A DNA stretch of 64,000 nucleotides from an uncultured Candidatus Cloacimonadota bacterium (GCA_964501025.1 CAZCRD010000103.1:3412-67411), one strand, 5' to 3'; shown: positions 26,492 through 36,658, counted from the stretch's first letter. Numbers and translations are program-made. Notes: generated by a model from the sequence alone, not told the origin.

Positions 26492-27388
26492 TTACGATTT
26501 TACCGCTTTGGTGGAGCGGGAAATTTCCCAAACAAAGGGGTTTTTGCCCCTCACATAAAAATCCCAAGAGCCCAGGAAACGGCAATATGCTTCCAGAGCA
26601 ACTACCAGGATCAGCTTGAAAAGATCCTGCGGCTGTTCTTTGAGCTCTTGCAGCAAGACTCTTTTCAGAGCACTGCCATCTTGTGAGACCACCTGGTACT
26701 GCTGCTTTTTCTTGAGCCAGAGATGTCCGGTTTGGATGCGGCGGCGCTGTTTGATATAGTCCGACACGTTTTCAGGGCCTTTATTAGCAATCAGAGCCGA
26801 CGGCACATACTTCAGCTTCAGCCCTTTTTGCTGGATAATAGCTTCGATACTGGCCTCATCTACAGCAGAATCAGCGGGGATCACATCCATCACTTTGCGA
26901 AAAGCGATCAGCTCTCCCAGTTTGGGCGAAATGAGCGCCATGCGATGATGCAAGCGCCACAAGAGCTGCACTGCATAGCCGATGAATCCCTGCTCTGCAT
27001 TCACGGGCATGGGTCTGCCTCCGGTGGCTCCGATTTCGGGCAGAGAAAACTCGGAGACCAGAAGCTCTATGGCATCCTTTGCGGGAATCACATCCCCGGA
27101 AATCACCACCAGGATCCCGGATCTTGCTTCTGCCATAAAGAGATTGATCGCGTTGGATTTGCCTTCTCGGCGGGGCTGGGTATATAGCCTTACCTGAGGG
27201 TGCTCAAGGGCAAAGCCGCGCACCAGATCATCCGTACGATCGCTGCTGCCGCTGGATACGACTATGATCTCTTCGATGGCCACATCTTGCAGCTTTTGCT
27301 CGCAAACAGAGCGGAGCAAATGCAGGATGTTAGCCTCTTCATTGTGGGCAAAGATGCCGATACTACAGCCGATTCTCATCTCGATCAA
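26492..27388 (-). CDS. Family 2 glycosyltransferase
   Basis: SIGIFAHNEE...IIVVSSGSSDRT...GKSNAINLF...VISGDV is a GT-A / GT2 pattern. Confidence 0.75.
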   Translation of the reverse strand: MIEMRIGCSIGIFAHNEEANILHLLRSVCEQKLQDVAIEEIIVVSSGSSDRTDDLVRGFALEHPQVRLYTQPRREGKSNAINLFMAEARSGILVVISGDVIPAKDAIELLVSEFSLPEIGATGGRPMPVNAEQGFIGYAVQLLWRLHHRMALISPKLGELIAFRKVMDVIPADSAVDEASIEAIIQQKGLKLKYVPSALIANKGPENVSDYIKQRRRIQTGHLWLKKKQQYQVVSQDGSALKRVLLQELKEQPQDLFKLILVVALEAYCRFLGSWDFYVRGKNPFVWEISRSTKAVKS

Positions 27389-27855
27389 GTGGGTATCTGC
27401 CGCCCTGGCATGCTATGCGGGATACCTTTGTTGATGGCATCCAGGATTCCGTTGATAAACTTTCCGGTATGCTCGCTACAAAACTTCTTGGCGATCTCGA
27501 TGCCTTCATTGATGATCACTGCAGCAGGGGTATCGGTAAACATCAGCTCATACACCGCCACGATCAGGATGCTTTTATCCAGATGGGCGATGGATTCCAG
27601 TGACCAGTGCTCGGTATATTTATCGATCTCGGCTTCGATGTCTTCGATATTGATGATGGTGTTTTTGACCAGTTCATCGGCAAAAGCATAGACGTTTGAG
27701 CCGGAATTGATGCTTTCCGCAGAGGTCAGCTGTCGCAGCACTTCAGGGTATTCATTGAGCAAACCGTATTCTCTGAAATCCTCAGTCACTTCGGCAAAAT
27801 CCAATGCATAGATGCATTGAACCGCGAGCTCGCGTGCTTTACGCCGTTGTCCCAT
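27385..27855 (-). CDS. nusB: Transcription antitermination factor NusB
   Basis: [17 protein letters not shown] start and the conserved ribH-nusB arrangement. Confidence 0.88.
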   Translation of the reverse strand: MGQRRKARELAVQCIYALDFAEVTEDFREYGLLNEYPEVLRQLTSAESINSGSNVYAFADELVKNTIINIEDIEAEIDKYTEHWSLESIAHLDKSILIVAVYELMFTDTPAAVIINEGIEIAKKFCSEHTGKFINGILDAINKGIPHSMPGRQIPT

Positions 27856-28318
27856 TTTTCATCTCCTGCATGAGGTTTACCATTTCCACGGCATTGCTGG
27901 CTGCACTAAACCCTTTGTTGCCGGCTTTGCTACCAGCTCGCTCGATCGCCTGATCCACACTGTCTGTAGTCAGGACTCCAAACATCACCGGTTTGCCGCT
28001 GTGCAATGCAGCCTGAGCCACACCTTTGCTCACTTCGGCAGAGACATACTCAAAATGCGGTGTGCTCCCCCGAATCACTGCTCCCAGGCAGATCACAGCA
28101 TCTGTATCAGGATCCTGAGCTGCTCTCTGAGCTACCAGAGGTATCTCAAAAGCTCCAGGCACCCAGATCACGGTGATATCTTCATCTCGCACTTCACTCC
28201 TGCGCAGACAGTCCAGCGCTCCTTCGAGCAACTTGCCGCTGATCACTTCGTTGAATCTGCTTACCACAATGCTAAAGCGGTAACCTTTGGAGACCAAATT
28301 TCCTTGTATAGTACGCAT
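27839..28318 (-). CDS. ribH: 6,7-dimethyl-8-ribityllumazine synthase
   Basis: [18 protein letters not shown] and G.T.HFEYV motifs. The ATG at 28318 is preceded by GGAG and preferred over the track start at 28348. Confidence 0.92.
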   Translation of the reverse strand: MRTIQGNLVSKGYRFSIVVSRFNEVISGKLLEGALDCLRRSEVRDEDITVIWVPGAFEIPLVAQRAAQDPDTDAVICLGAVIRGSTPHFEYVSAEVSKGVAQAALHSGKPVMFGVLTTDSVDQAIERAGSKAGNKGFSAASNAVEMVNLMQEMKNGTTA

Positions 28319-28393
28319 TGATAGCTCCTTTGAACTAAAATTATTCATTGTGTGTCAAGATAATTGAAGTGGCAAAACGTTCAAGTAAAATCT

Positions 28394-29671
28394 TCAACTC
28401 AGCACTTGCCAATGATCCCAAAGTTGATCGACCAGCAGCAAGGGATAGCCCAATTGCTGCCTGACTTCCGCCCTGCTTTTGCCATCCAGGGTATAGCCTT
28501 CATGGTTGAAGATCACATCAGGCAGGATCACGGTACAGGGTCCATCTGGAGCAAATTGAGAGCTGATATCAGCCATTGTAAGTAGTCCCGCCACCGAAAT
28601 ATGCTCCCCAAAGAAATCATTATGGATCACCTGCATCTGCACGCGTTGCGTTTTGAGCCGCAAGTTTAGCGCTTTGACCACGCGTCTGATGTGCTGTTGC
28701 GCACTTTGAGAGCAGAGGATAATGTAATCTCCACCGCCTTGCCTGAGTTCTTTGAGCAGTGCCCGTTTGCGCCTGGCAAAAGTCTGTTCTCCCAGGCTCA
28801 GCATGCCAATGCCGTTTTCGAGCTGAGGATAATCCTGATAAAACTCCGCCTCCGGCACTTCCCGCTGCGCCAGCACATAAAACTCATCTGCCGGATAGAT
28901 GATCTGGCTTTGGTAGGTAGATCGTAGCTCATCCAGAAGATCCAGGGTCTTTCTCGCCCCTGGTTCGTCATAGGCTTGCAGCTGGCAGAGATGATCGCGA
29001 TATCGAGTCAAACCCACCGGGACGATGCCGATGGAGAGGATGTTCAGGCTCTCATCCATAAGATCTGTAATGGTTTGCCGCAGCTCTACCCCATCATTAT
29101 AGCCAGGTACAGATACGATCTGGATATGAAACTCTATCCCTTGTTCTGAAAGCTGACGGATCACCTTGATCGGATCCACTGGATTTACTGAGCGCATCAA
29201 TTGCTGCCTCATATTCAGATTGCTACTATGCAGAGAGACATACAGCGGACTGATGTGCTGAGCGCAGATGCGATTCAGATCCGCCTCACTGAGATTGGTA
29301 AGCGTGATGTAATTTCCAAACACAAAGGAATACAGGTAGTCGTCATCCTTGCCATACAGGCTGGGGCGCATTCCCGGAGGCATTTGATCGATAAAGCAAA
29401 AGATGCAGTGATTTTTACAATTCCGATAGCGGTAGTCTTCGGGGATAATGCCCAAGGGCTTCGCTGTTTCACGAAAGATGCTTAGCTCGCGAAGCTTGGC
29501 CGAGGGATCTTCCAGCACAAAATCCAGACGAAAATCTGAGCAATAAAACTCCAAATCCAAAAAATCCCGGATCTTGATATTATTCACCGAGATGATCTTA
29601 TCTCCTGCAATCAGGCCAAATTCTTGAGCCAGGCTGCCTGGCTCTATCGCTTTTATTCTCAGTGGCATCAA
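28394..29671 (-). CDS. PDZ / radical-SAM-like / DUF512 protein
   Basis: N-terminal PDZ-like segment (IEPGSLAQEFGLIAGDKIISVNN). CKNHCIFCF cysteine motif. Overall length and pattern match the DUF512 family. Confidence 0.65.
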   Translation of the reverse strand: MMPLRIKAIEPGSLAQEFGLIAGDKIISVNNIKIRDFLDLEFYCSDFRLDFVLEDPSAKLRELSIFRETAKPLGIIPEDYRYRNCKNHCIFCFIDQMPPGMRPSLYGKDDDYLYSFVFGNYITLTNLSEADLNRICAQHISPLYVSLHSSNLNMRQQLMRSVNPVDPIKVIRQLSEQGIEFHIQIVSVPGYNDGVELRQTITDLMDESLNILSIGIVPVGLTRYRDHLCQLQAYDEPGARKTLDLLDELRSTYQSQIIYPADEFYVLAQREVPEAEFYQDYPQLENGIGMLSLGEQTFARRKRALLKELRQGGGDYIILCSQSAQQHIRRVVKALNLRLKTQRVQMQVIHNDFFGEHISVAGLLTMADISSQFAPDGPCTVILPDVIFNHEGYTLDGKSRAEVRQQLGYPLLLVDQLWDHWQVLS

Positions 29672-30450
29672 AAGACTTCGATAGGTATCTTGAGATGAAA
29701 ACAGCTACCCACTCCCACCTGTGATGTAGCGCTGATCTCACCACCCAAGAGCTCCACGATTTTACTGGATATTCCCAAACCAAGCCCCATTCCCGGATAG
29801 GCACGAGTGATGCTGTTATCTGCCTGTTCAAAAACATCAAAGATGTTTACCAGCCGCTCTTGTTCGATGCCGCAGCCGGTGTCTTCCACCTCGATATCCA
29901 GCCACGGCTCTTCGTTTTGCCTGTAGATCAGATGAAGTCTCAGGCACACAGAGCCGGATACCGTGAATTTGATGGCATTGGAGATGATGAAGCTCAATAC
30001 TCGCTCCAGCTTTTCACAATCAAGCCTGGCAAAAGGCAGGTTTTCTTGTACTTCCAGGATGGGTTTGAGGTTTTTTTGCGCGATTTGAGGGCGGTAAAGC
30101 TGCCAGATGTTTTCGATAGATCGTGCGAGATTACATTCCACGGGATGAAGTGTCGTCTTCCGCATCTGCAGATTAGATAGATCCAGCAAGTTTCCGATCA
30201 TCACCAGGAGCTTGTTGCCGCTTTCCAGGATCACATCTACATAATCCGCTTGTTTGGGATCCAAATCAGTGGCTTTCAACATCTGGGCAAAGCCCATTAT
30301 GGCATTCATCGGAGTCCGAATCTCATGGCTCACATTGGAGATAAAGGCGTTTTTCGCTTTGGTATAGCTATCGACCTGCTCATCATGCTGCGCTTTGGAC
30401 CAAGCAATACGACGCTGTTGATCTTGCTTTGCGCGGTGATGCTTTTTCAT
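29668..30450 (-). CDS. Soluble histidine kinase core (HisKA + HATPase_c) without a sensor domain
   Basis: H-box SHEIRTPMNAIMGF. N/G boxes (ISNAIKFT, DTGCGI, GMGLGLGISSKIVELLGG). Only ~35 aa precede the H-box and there is no TM segment. Confidence 0.85.
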   Translation of the reverse strand: MKKHHRAKQDQQRRIAWSKAQHDEQVDSYTKAKNAFISNVSHEIRTPMNAIMGFAQMLKATDLDPKQADYVDVILESGNKLLVMIGNLLDLSNLQMRKTTLHPVECNLARSIENIWQLYRPQIAQKNLKPILEVQENLPFARLDCEKLERVLSFIISNAIKFTVSGSVCLRLHLIYRQNEEPWLDIEVEDTGCGIEQERLVNIFDVFEQADNSITRAYPGMGLGLGISSKIVELLGGEISATSQVGVGSCFHLKIPIEVF

Positions 30451-31568
30451 GTGTTCCGAATCCTGTCATAGCGGTATTTAAACCGTTTGATGCCTTCAAA
30501 GATGGTACGCGCCAGGCGTTGCTGGTATTCATCTTTGACCAGAAGTAATTCTTCCGCTGGATTGGAGATAAAACCCAGCTCGATCAGGATAGACGGCATG
30601 AAGGCTCCTCTTAGCACATAAAAATTTGCCTGTTTTACGCCTCGATCATACAATTGAGAGCCGGCAATCAGGTTTTGCTGCACATTACTGGCCAGATCAT
30701 TGCTGCTTTCCAGATGCTCAGTCTGGCTCAAATCACTGAGGATAAAATCCAGATCATCATACTTGCTGCGGGCTGATGCTCCTCCTTCATATAGCTCCAC
30801 CACCTGGTTTTCCAAGGCTTCCACTGCTCTGGCATCGGATGTCACTGCCGTAGCCAGATAGTAGGTTTCTGCCCCATGTGAAGAGCTGTTCTTGGACGCA
30901 TTGGCATGAATGCTGATAAAAAGATCAGCCTTGTTTTCATTGGCAAAACGGGTACGATCTCCCAGCGAGACAAAGCGATCATCCGCTCTGGTCATCAGCA
31001 CTTGCACATCCAATTCACTTTCCAAAAGCTGTTTTAGCTTCAGTGCCACAGAGAGATTGATGTCCTTTTCTTTGGCCTTGAGTTTTTTGCCCACTGCGCC
31101 GGGGTCTTTGCCTCCGTGACCCGGATCCAATACGATCACCTGGACACTGTGATCCACGGGCTTTTTGACCTGCAAGGTTCCGATCTCATAGTCTGCATCT
31201 TGATCAAAATGCAGGGGAACATGCTCACTGAGAAAAACCACCGGCAAATAGTACTCGGCTGAGATTCGCCTTAGGGGGTAATGCATATTGTAAGAATCAA
31301 TCTTATAGCTATAATACGAGCTCCCTTCCAAAAAGATGAAGGTTTCACCATAGATATGCAAATACAGCCTCTGATCCTGGCGCTCTTGTTTGTGAATGCA
31401 GCGCAAAATCGGACTCAAGTCTTTGATCGACACATAGCTGATGCCATCGATTTCGGTCTCGGGGATGCCAAATCTTTGGCCTTCTTCCCGGATTTCGATA
31501 TTTATGGCACTCAGGCCAAGTGTAATCAGCAACAGGCTGAGCCAGGACAATAGGTATCTCATAGACAA
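30447..31568 (-). CDS. N-acetylmuramoyl-L-alanine amidase (Amidase_3, AmiC-like)
   Basis: Signal peptide; VLDPGHGGKDPGAVG...SIHANA...AETYY motifs. Confidence 0.88.
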   Translation of the reverse strand: MSMRYLLSWLSLLLITLGLSAINIEIREEGQRFGIPETEIDGISYVSIKDLSPILRCIHKQERQDQRLYLHIYGETFIFLEGSSYYSYKIDSYNMHYPLRRISAEYYLPVVFLSEHVPLHFDQDADYEIGTLQVKKPVDHSVQVIVLDPGHGGKDPGAVGKKLKAKEKDINLSVALKLKQLLESELDVQVLMTRADDRFVSLGDRTRFANENKADLFISIHANASKNSSSHGAETYYLATAVTSDARAVEALENQVVELYEGGASARSKYDDLDFILSDLSQTEHLESSNDLASNVQQNLIAGSQLYDRGVKQANFYVLRGAFMPSILIELGFISNPAEELLLVKDEYQQRLARTIFEGIKRFKYRYDRIRNT

Positions 31569-32485
31569 ACTCCACTTTTTGCTTTGCTCTCAGATTCTAT
31601 CCTGTGAAAATCCGGAGTCCAGGCGTCGCTGCAGCAAAGCTCCTGCGTATAGACGTCTGCAAACCCCAATGCTGTTGCAGTATCAACCACCGCTTGATAT
31701 TCAGCTTGATTGATACCGCGATTTAGCTCTGGATACAGCTCTGCCCGTGCTGCAGGATAGTATTGCGCCATCAAGCTGACAGGCAGGTTTGTGCCAAATT
31801 CATCAGCCAGCATTCGTAACGTGGCTTTGGTTCCGCTCAGAGCATTTGGCAAAACTAAAAGCCTCACCAAAACTCCCTGTGTGGCAATCCCCTCTGAGTC
31901 TGTCCGCAAAAAACCGCATTGCGCTACCATTTCTTTCAAAGCAGCTAATGCCACCGCGGGATAATCACGGGCTTGAGAATATTTCCCCGCATACACAGGA
32001 TGAAAGTATTTGTAATCCGGCAAATAGATATCCACCAATCCCGCCAGCTGGCGCAAGGTCTTTACGCTTTCATAGGCACTGCTATTCCAGAGGATAGGGA
32101 TCTTCAGATTCTGTGCTTTGGCTTGGATGAGTACTTCACGCAATTGGATACTATAGTGAGTGGGGGTTACCAGATTGATGTTTTGCGCCCCTTGCCCTGC
32201 AAGCTCAAACATCAGCTGCAACAAATCTGCTTCACTGATGCTATGTCCCTCTCCACCAATGCTGATCATATAGTTTTGACAATATACGCAACGCAGGTTG
32301 CAATGACAAAAGAAGATCGTCCCACTACCCCGGCTGCCCGAGATGGGCGGTTCTTCGCCATGGTGCAATTGAGCCAGATTGATGCTGATCTCTGCTCCGG
32401 CATTACAATATCCCACTGTCTCATAACGATCTTGCTGGCAAGCTCGAGGGCATATTGCACACTGGCGAAGCTCAGGATAGATCAC
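31559..32485 (-). CDS. PflX-type radical SAM protein (putative glycyl-radical/other activase family)
   Basis: CAICPRAC...GYC N-terminal cluster. HHGEEPPISGSRGSGTIFFCHCNLRCVYCQNY is the pattern of the COG1313/PflX group. Confidence 0.75.
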   Translation of the reverse strand: MIYPELRQCAICPRACQQDRYETVGYCNAGAEISINLAQLHHGEEPPISGSRGSGTIFFCHCNLRCVYCQNYMISIGGEGHSISEADLLQLMFELAGQGAQNINLVTPTHYSIQLREVLIQAKAQNLKIPILWNSSAYESVKTLRQLAGLVDIYLPDYKYFHPVYAGKYSQARDYPAVALAALKEMVAQCGFLRTDSEGIATQGVLVRLLVLPNALSGTKATLRMLADEFGTNLPVSLMAQYYPAARAELYPELNRGINQAEYQAVVDTATALGFADVYTQELCCSDAWTPDFHRIESESKAKSGVCL

Positions 32486-32865
32486 AATCGAAAAGCTCCC
32501 GGTAAGAGTTCTGAGATTGTGGATTCGATGGTTTCATTGTGATTGGCATAGATCACAACCATGTCCGGCGCAAATTCACTGATCACCTGACGGCAAGCCC
32601 CGCAGGGAGGGAAGATTTTGTCGCTATCCACATAGATGGCAATTGCCGAAAACTCCCGATTCCCCTCACTCACAGCCTTAAAGATCGCAGTGCGTTCAGC
32701 ACAGATGGTGAGCGAGAAAGAAGCATTTTCGATATTGCATCCGCTGTATATACTACCATCCTTGCACCTTACCGCACTGCCGACCCGGTATCCCGAATAT
32801 GGCACATAAGCCTGAGCACTTGCTTGCTTTGCTCGCTCCAACAGGGCATTTAATTCTGAAGTCAT
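32482..32865 (-). CDS. cdd: Cytidine deaminase
   Basis: 127 aa with the zinc motifs CAERTA and PCGACRQ. Confidence 0.9.
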   Translation of the reverse strand: MTSELNALLERAKQASAQAYVPYSGYRVGSAVRCKDGSIYSGCNIENASFSLTICAERTAIFKAVSEGNREFSAIAIYVDSDKIFPPCGACRQVISEFAPDMVVIYANHNETIESTISELLPGAFRL

Positions 32866-32875
32866 GTGGTGTCTC

Positions 32876-33976
32876 CTAAGCCAATAGCGAAAGGATCAAA
32901 CCTCCGGCAATCACCGAAGATATCTGTCCCCCCACATTTACGCTGACAGCCGGCATCAAAAGGAAATTGAAAGGATCCTCTTTTTGCCCCATCTGATGGA
33001 TGACCCGGGCACTCATGGGAAAGGCGGAGATACCACAGGCTCCGATCATCGGATTCACCTTGTCCTTGCGAATCAGATTGAGCAGCTTGGCAAAAAGCAC
33101 GCCGCCGGCAGTATCGAAGATAAAGGCGATCAATCCCAATACCAGAATAAACAGAGTCTGCGGCCGCAAAAAGTATTCCCCCTGCATCTTGGTGGCAATG
33201 GTAAGACCCAAAAGGATGGTAACGATATTACCCAGTTCATTTTGGGCTGATTTGGAAAGGCTGTCCACCACTTTGCATTCCCGCAGCAGATTGCCAAACA
33301 TCAAAAAGCCGATCAAAGCTAATGAAGCCGGCACAAAGATCCCCGCCACGATGGTGATGGAGATGGGAAACAGGATCTTGAGTGTCTTGGACACATCGCC
33401 GGAGTGATAATCCATGCGAATCCGGCGCTCTTTTTGCGAGGTAAGGGCACGGATGACCGGTGGCTGGATGATCGGTACCAAAGCCATATATGAGTAGGCA
33501 GCCACCGAGATGGGACCCAATAGATCCGGAGCAAAACGATTGGCCACATAGATCGAGGTAGGTCCATCTGCTGCCCCAATGATCCCGATCGAAGCAGCTT
33601 CTTTGATGTCAAAACCCCAAGCGGCAGCCACTACGATGGTGACAAAGATGCCAAATTGCGCTGCTGCGCCAAACAGCAACATGAAGGGATTTTTGAGTAA
33701 GGGAGTAAAATCTATCATCGCCCCAATGGCAATAAAGATCAGAAGCGGAAACAGCTCTGTATCGATCCCGGCTTTGAAGAGGATAGTCAGTGGACCATGT
33801 TCTCCGATGGCTGCCGAAAGCGGAATATTGGCCAAAATCGTGCCAAAACCTATCGGCAACAACAACGCAGGCTCATACTTTTTGTCTATCGCCAGCCAGA
33901 TCAGCACCAGCCCCACGATGATCATCACGACCTGGGAGAGCTGAAACTCCAGCAGAGCGGAAAACATTGATTCCAT
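32876..33976 (-). CDS. Sodium-ion-translocating decarboxylase beta subunit (OadB/GcdB/MmdB family)
   Basis: 366-aa polytopic protein. Family-typical N-terminus and GAADGPT, NPMIGACGISAFPM motifs. Confidence 0.85.
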   Translation of the reverse strand: MESMFSALLEFQLSQVVMIIVGLVLIWLAIDKKYEPALLLPIGFGTILANIPLSAAIGEHGPLTILFKAGIDTELFPLLIFIAIGAMIDFTPLLKNPFMLLFGAAAQFGIFVTIVVAAAWGFDIKEAASIGIIGAADGPTSIYVANRFAPDLLGPISVAAYSYMALVPIIQPPVIRALTSQKERRIRMDYHSGDVSKTLKILFPISITIVAGIFVPASLALIGFLMFGNLLRECKVVDSLSKSAQNELGNIVTILLGLTIATKMQGEYFLRPQTLFILVLGLIAFIFDTAGGVLFAKLLNLIRKDKVNPMIGACGISAFPMSARVIHQMGQKEDPFNFLLMPAVSVNVGGQISSVIAGGLILSLLA

Positions 33977-34433
33977 TTCATCTCCATAATTATCTTATAG
34001 ATTGGCAGTAAATTTTACATTGCAATTTTTGTCAAGTCTGCTGTGGGTTTTTGCCCCTTCCGGCAGCTTTTTTTCCAATATTCACTGCTCATAAGAGAGG
34101 TTCTATCCGAATCAGACTCCAGACCCATAAAGCAGAAACTCGGCTACAAGGCAAACCTGCCGATGCCCAAGCTAAGTGGTATAGCGCAGTTCTGCCACGG
34201 CATTCATCGGCCTGATCTCAAGCTGATATCAAGCCCTAATCTTCCCGTAGTCATGGGTTTATTACGGCTTGGTGCAGGCTGAATACTGGTCGAATCGGTG
34301 TGGGATGCAGCAAGCGGCCGAGCCGGGACATAACTGACTGATTTGGGCGAATTTACTGTTTTGCAAACATTTCCTTTACAAAATCAGCCCCTCGTAAATC
34401 ATGACAGGATAAATACCTAAAAGGACAGATCAA

Positions 34434-36212
34434 GTGACAAAATTTACCGACATCACACTCCCGGAGCCAATCCAGCGCGCTGCCAGAAAGCTGGGATTTG
34501 AAAGCCCCACACCCATACAAGCCTTGTGCATCCCCTGGATTCTCGAGCATGAAAACGACCTCATCGCCGTGGCCCAGACCGGCACTGGCAAGACCGCCGC
34601 GTTCGGATTTCCCCTGCTCAGCGAGACGGATATAGAGTTCAGCGACACCCAGAGCATCATTCTCTGCCCCACCCGTGAGCTCTGCATTCAGATCACCAAA
34701 GACCTGGAGTCTTACGCTTTTTACATGACCCGAATCCGCACTGTGCCAGTATATGGTGGTGCACCCATTTATCGCCAAAAAGAAGCCCTCAAGGCTGGCG
34801 CACACATCGTGGTGGGCACACCAGGACGCGTGGCAGATATGATCCGGCAGGGAGCATTGAAGCTGCACAGAGTCTCCCGTCTGGTTTTGGACGAGGCCGA
34901 TGAAATGCTGAATATGGGATTCAAGGATGAGCTCTTTGAGATCATGAAAAGCATCCCCGAGAACCGTCAAACCCTGCTCTTTTCTGCCACTATGCCCAAA
35001 GATGTAGAGCATCTTGCCAACAAATTTATGCAAGAACCGCATCGCATTAGTGTGGGCAGTGAAGATAAGGGAGCAGAGAATATCCAGCATTTTTATTACA
35101 AAGTACAAGCCCGGGACAAGTATCTGGCGTTGAAGCGAATAGCAGATATGAGCCCGGATATCTATGGCATTATTTTCTGCCGGACGCGTAAGGAAACCCA
35201 GGAAATTGCCGATAAATTGCAGCATGATGGGTACAATGCCGATGCTCTGCACGGAGATCTTTCTCAGGGACAAAGAGAGCTGGTGATGAGCCGCTTTCGC
35301 AGCAAGTTCGTTCCGCTCCTGGTGGCAACAGATGTGGCAGCCAGGGGACTCGATGTGGATGATCTTACGCATATCATCAATTTCCATGTGCCCACCGAGG
35401 CCGATATCTATATCCATCGCTCCGGACGCACGGGCAGAGCCGGCAAGAGCGGGATTTCGATCACGATCATGCACAGCAAGGAAATCAGTGCTCTCAGGGC
35501 AGTAGAAAAGAGACTCGGCTTCCCCATCGTCTGGCAAAAAGTGCCTGGAGGCAGGGAAATCTGTGAAAAACAACTGTTTCACTTTATCGACACGGTGGAA
35601 CGCATCGAAATCAATGAAGCCGAGATGGAGTCATTTTTGCACAATGTTTATAAAAAACTGAGCTGGATGACCCGGGAAGAGCTGATCAAACGCTTTGTAT
35701 CGGTAGAGTTTAACCGTTTTTTGAACTATTACAAGGATATTCGGGATCTGGACAGTGCTCCGCAGATCAGCGAGAGCAGAGACAAGAGTAGCTTTGCTTT
35801 CTCTGCCTTCCGGCTCAGCATTGGCCACAATGTCGGGCTTACAAAACGGGATTTGATGCGCTATATAAACACTCTGAAACCAGGACGCGGCATTGAGATC
35901 GGGCAGATCACCATCTTTTCTGATTACTGTCTCATCGATCTGGATTCCCGCCTGGAAAGCGAGATGCAAAAAGCCATCGTCAATAGCCCCTACAAAGGTA
36001 CACCGATCAAAGTACAGGTCTCAAAATCCAAAGTTCAAGGCGGCAGTGGCAGACCTTCTTCAAAGCGAAAAAATGAGTCTGCCGGCCACCGTAATGAATC
36101 CTGGCAAAGCCGAAAAAAAGCTAAGCCGGAATATGACGGAAAGCGCTCCAGACCCAGCACCAGAGATCTCGACAAAGCTGCTTTTAAACGCAAGAGAAAA
36201 GAAAAAGCTTGA
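34434..36212 (+). CDS. deaD: DEAD-box ATP-dependent RNA helicase with a DbpA-like C-terminal RNA-binding domain and a basic tail
   Basis: Q motif (GFESPTPIQ), AQTGTGKT, DEAD, SAT and HRSGRTGRAG. GTG start with AAGGA upstream. Roughly 400-nt upstream non-coding region. Confidence 0.9.
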   Translation: MTKFTDITLPEPIQRAARKLGFESPTPIQALCIPWILEHENDLIAVAQTGTGKTAAFGFPLLSETDIEFSDTQSIILCPTRELCIQITKDLESYAFYMTRIRTVPVYGGAPIYRQKEALKAGAHIVVGTPGRVADMIRQGALKLHRVSRLVLDEADEMLNMGFKDELFEIMKSIPENRQTLLFSATMPKDVEHLANKFMQEPHRISVGSEDKGAENIQHFYYKVQARDKYLALKRIADMSPDIYGIIFCRTRKETQEIADKLQHDGYNADALHGDLSQGQRELVMSRFRSKFVPLLVATDVAARGLDVDDLTHIINFHVPTEADIYIHRSGRTGRAGKSGISITIMHSKEISALRAVEKRLGFPIVWQKVPGGREICEKQLFHFIDTVERIEINEAEMESFLHNVYKKLSWMTREELIKRFVSVEFNRFLNYYKDIRDLDSAPQISESRDKSSFAFSAFRLSIGHNVGLTKRDLMRYINTLKPGRGIEIGQITIFSDYCLIDLDSRLESEMQKAIVNSPYKGTPIKVQVSKSKVQGGSGRPSSKRKNESAGHRNESWQSRKKAKPEYDGKRSRPSTRDLDKAAFKRKRKEKA

Positions 36213-36265
36213 CATTGCGACCATTAACCGCTTTCATGAAAAAAATTGGATCTCAAGGAGATATC

Positions 36266-36658
36266 ATGAAACACATTGCCTACATCCTTCTCATCGCTAT
36301 GGCACTGCTGGCTTTGACAGCTTGCGGAAACAAGGTGGAAAATGCAGCCAAGTCTTTCTTTGACGCAATGGAAAGACAGGATTTTGAAGCTGCCAAGGCA
36401 TACACTACCGAGCAGGGGCAACAACTGCTGAGCATGATGCAATCCTTCGCTGAAAACATGAGTGAAGAGCAAAAAGAAGGCTATGAAAAACTGAAGTATA
36501 ATATCCTCGAAACCGTGGAAGATGGCGATAGTGCTATCGTTACATTTGAGCAGTGGGAAGTGAACAACCCTGAGGATAAGGATGTCCATGAACTCAAACT
36601 CAAAAAGATCGATGGCTCCTGGAAAGTGGATCTTGCCAAGGAAGATTTGGACAAATAA
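36266..36658 (+). CDS. Small lipoprotein (DUF4878-like)
   Basis: Lipobox LALTAC. The AKSFFDAMERQDFEAAKAYT... pattern is typical of DUF4878 lipoproteins. Start moved to the ATG at 36266. Confidence 0.6.
   Translation: MKHIAYILLIAMALLALTACGNKVENAAKSFFDAMERQDFEAAKAYTTEQGQQLLSMMQSFAENMSEEQKEGYEKLKYNILETVEDGDSAIVTFEQWEVNNPEDKDVHELKLKKIDGSWKVDLAKEDLDK

Noticed and set aside
34177-34200. tRNA-like D-arm sequence (GGTATAGCGCAGT) in the deaD upstream region
   Set aside because: I could not close a D-stem or build acceptor, anticodon and T arms around it by eye. It is probably a chance match inside a long 5' leader.
34043-34282. 79-aa plus-strand ORF in the oadB/deaD spacer
   Set aside because: No RBS and no motifs. 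It lies in what is more plausibly the long 5' UTR typical of cold-shock DEAD-box helicase genes.
34353-35582. 409-aa ORF on the minus strand
   Set aside because: It is entirely antisense to the DEAD-box helicase gene, whose motifs (Q, Walker A, DEAD, SAT, HRSGRTGR) are unambiguous. The antisense translation has no recognisable motifs and has shadow-ORF composition.
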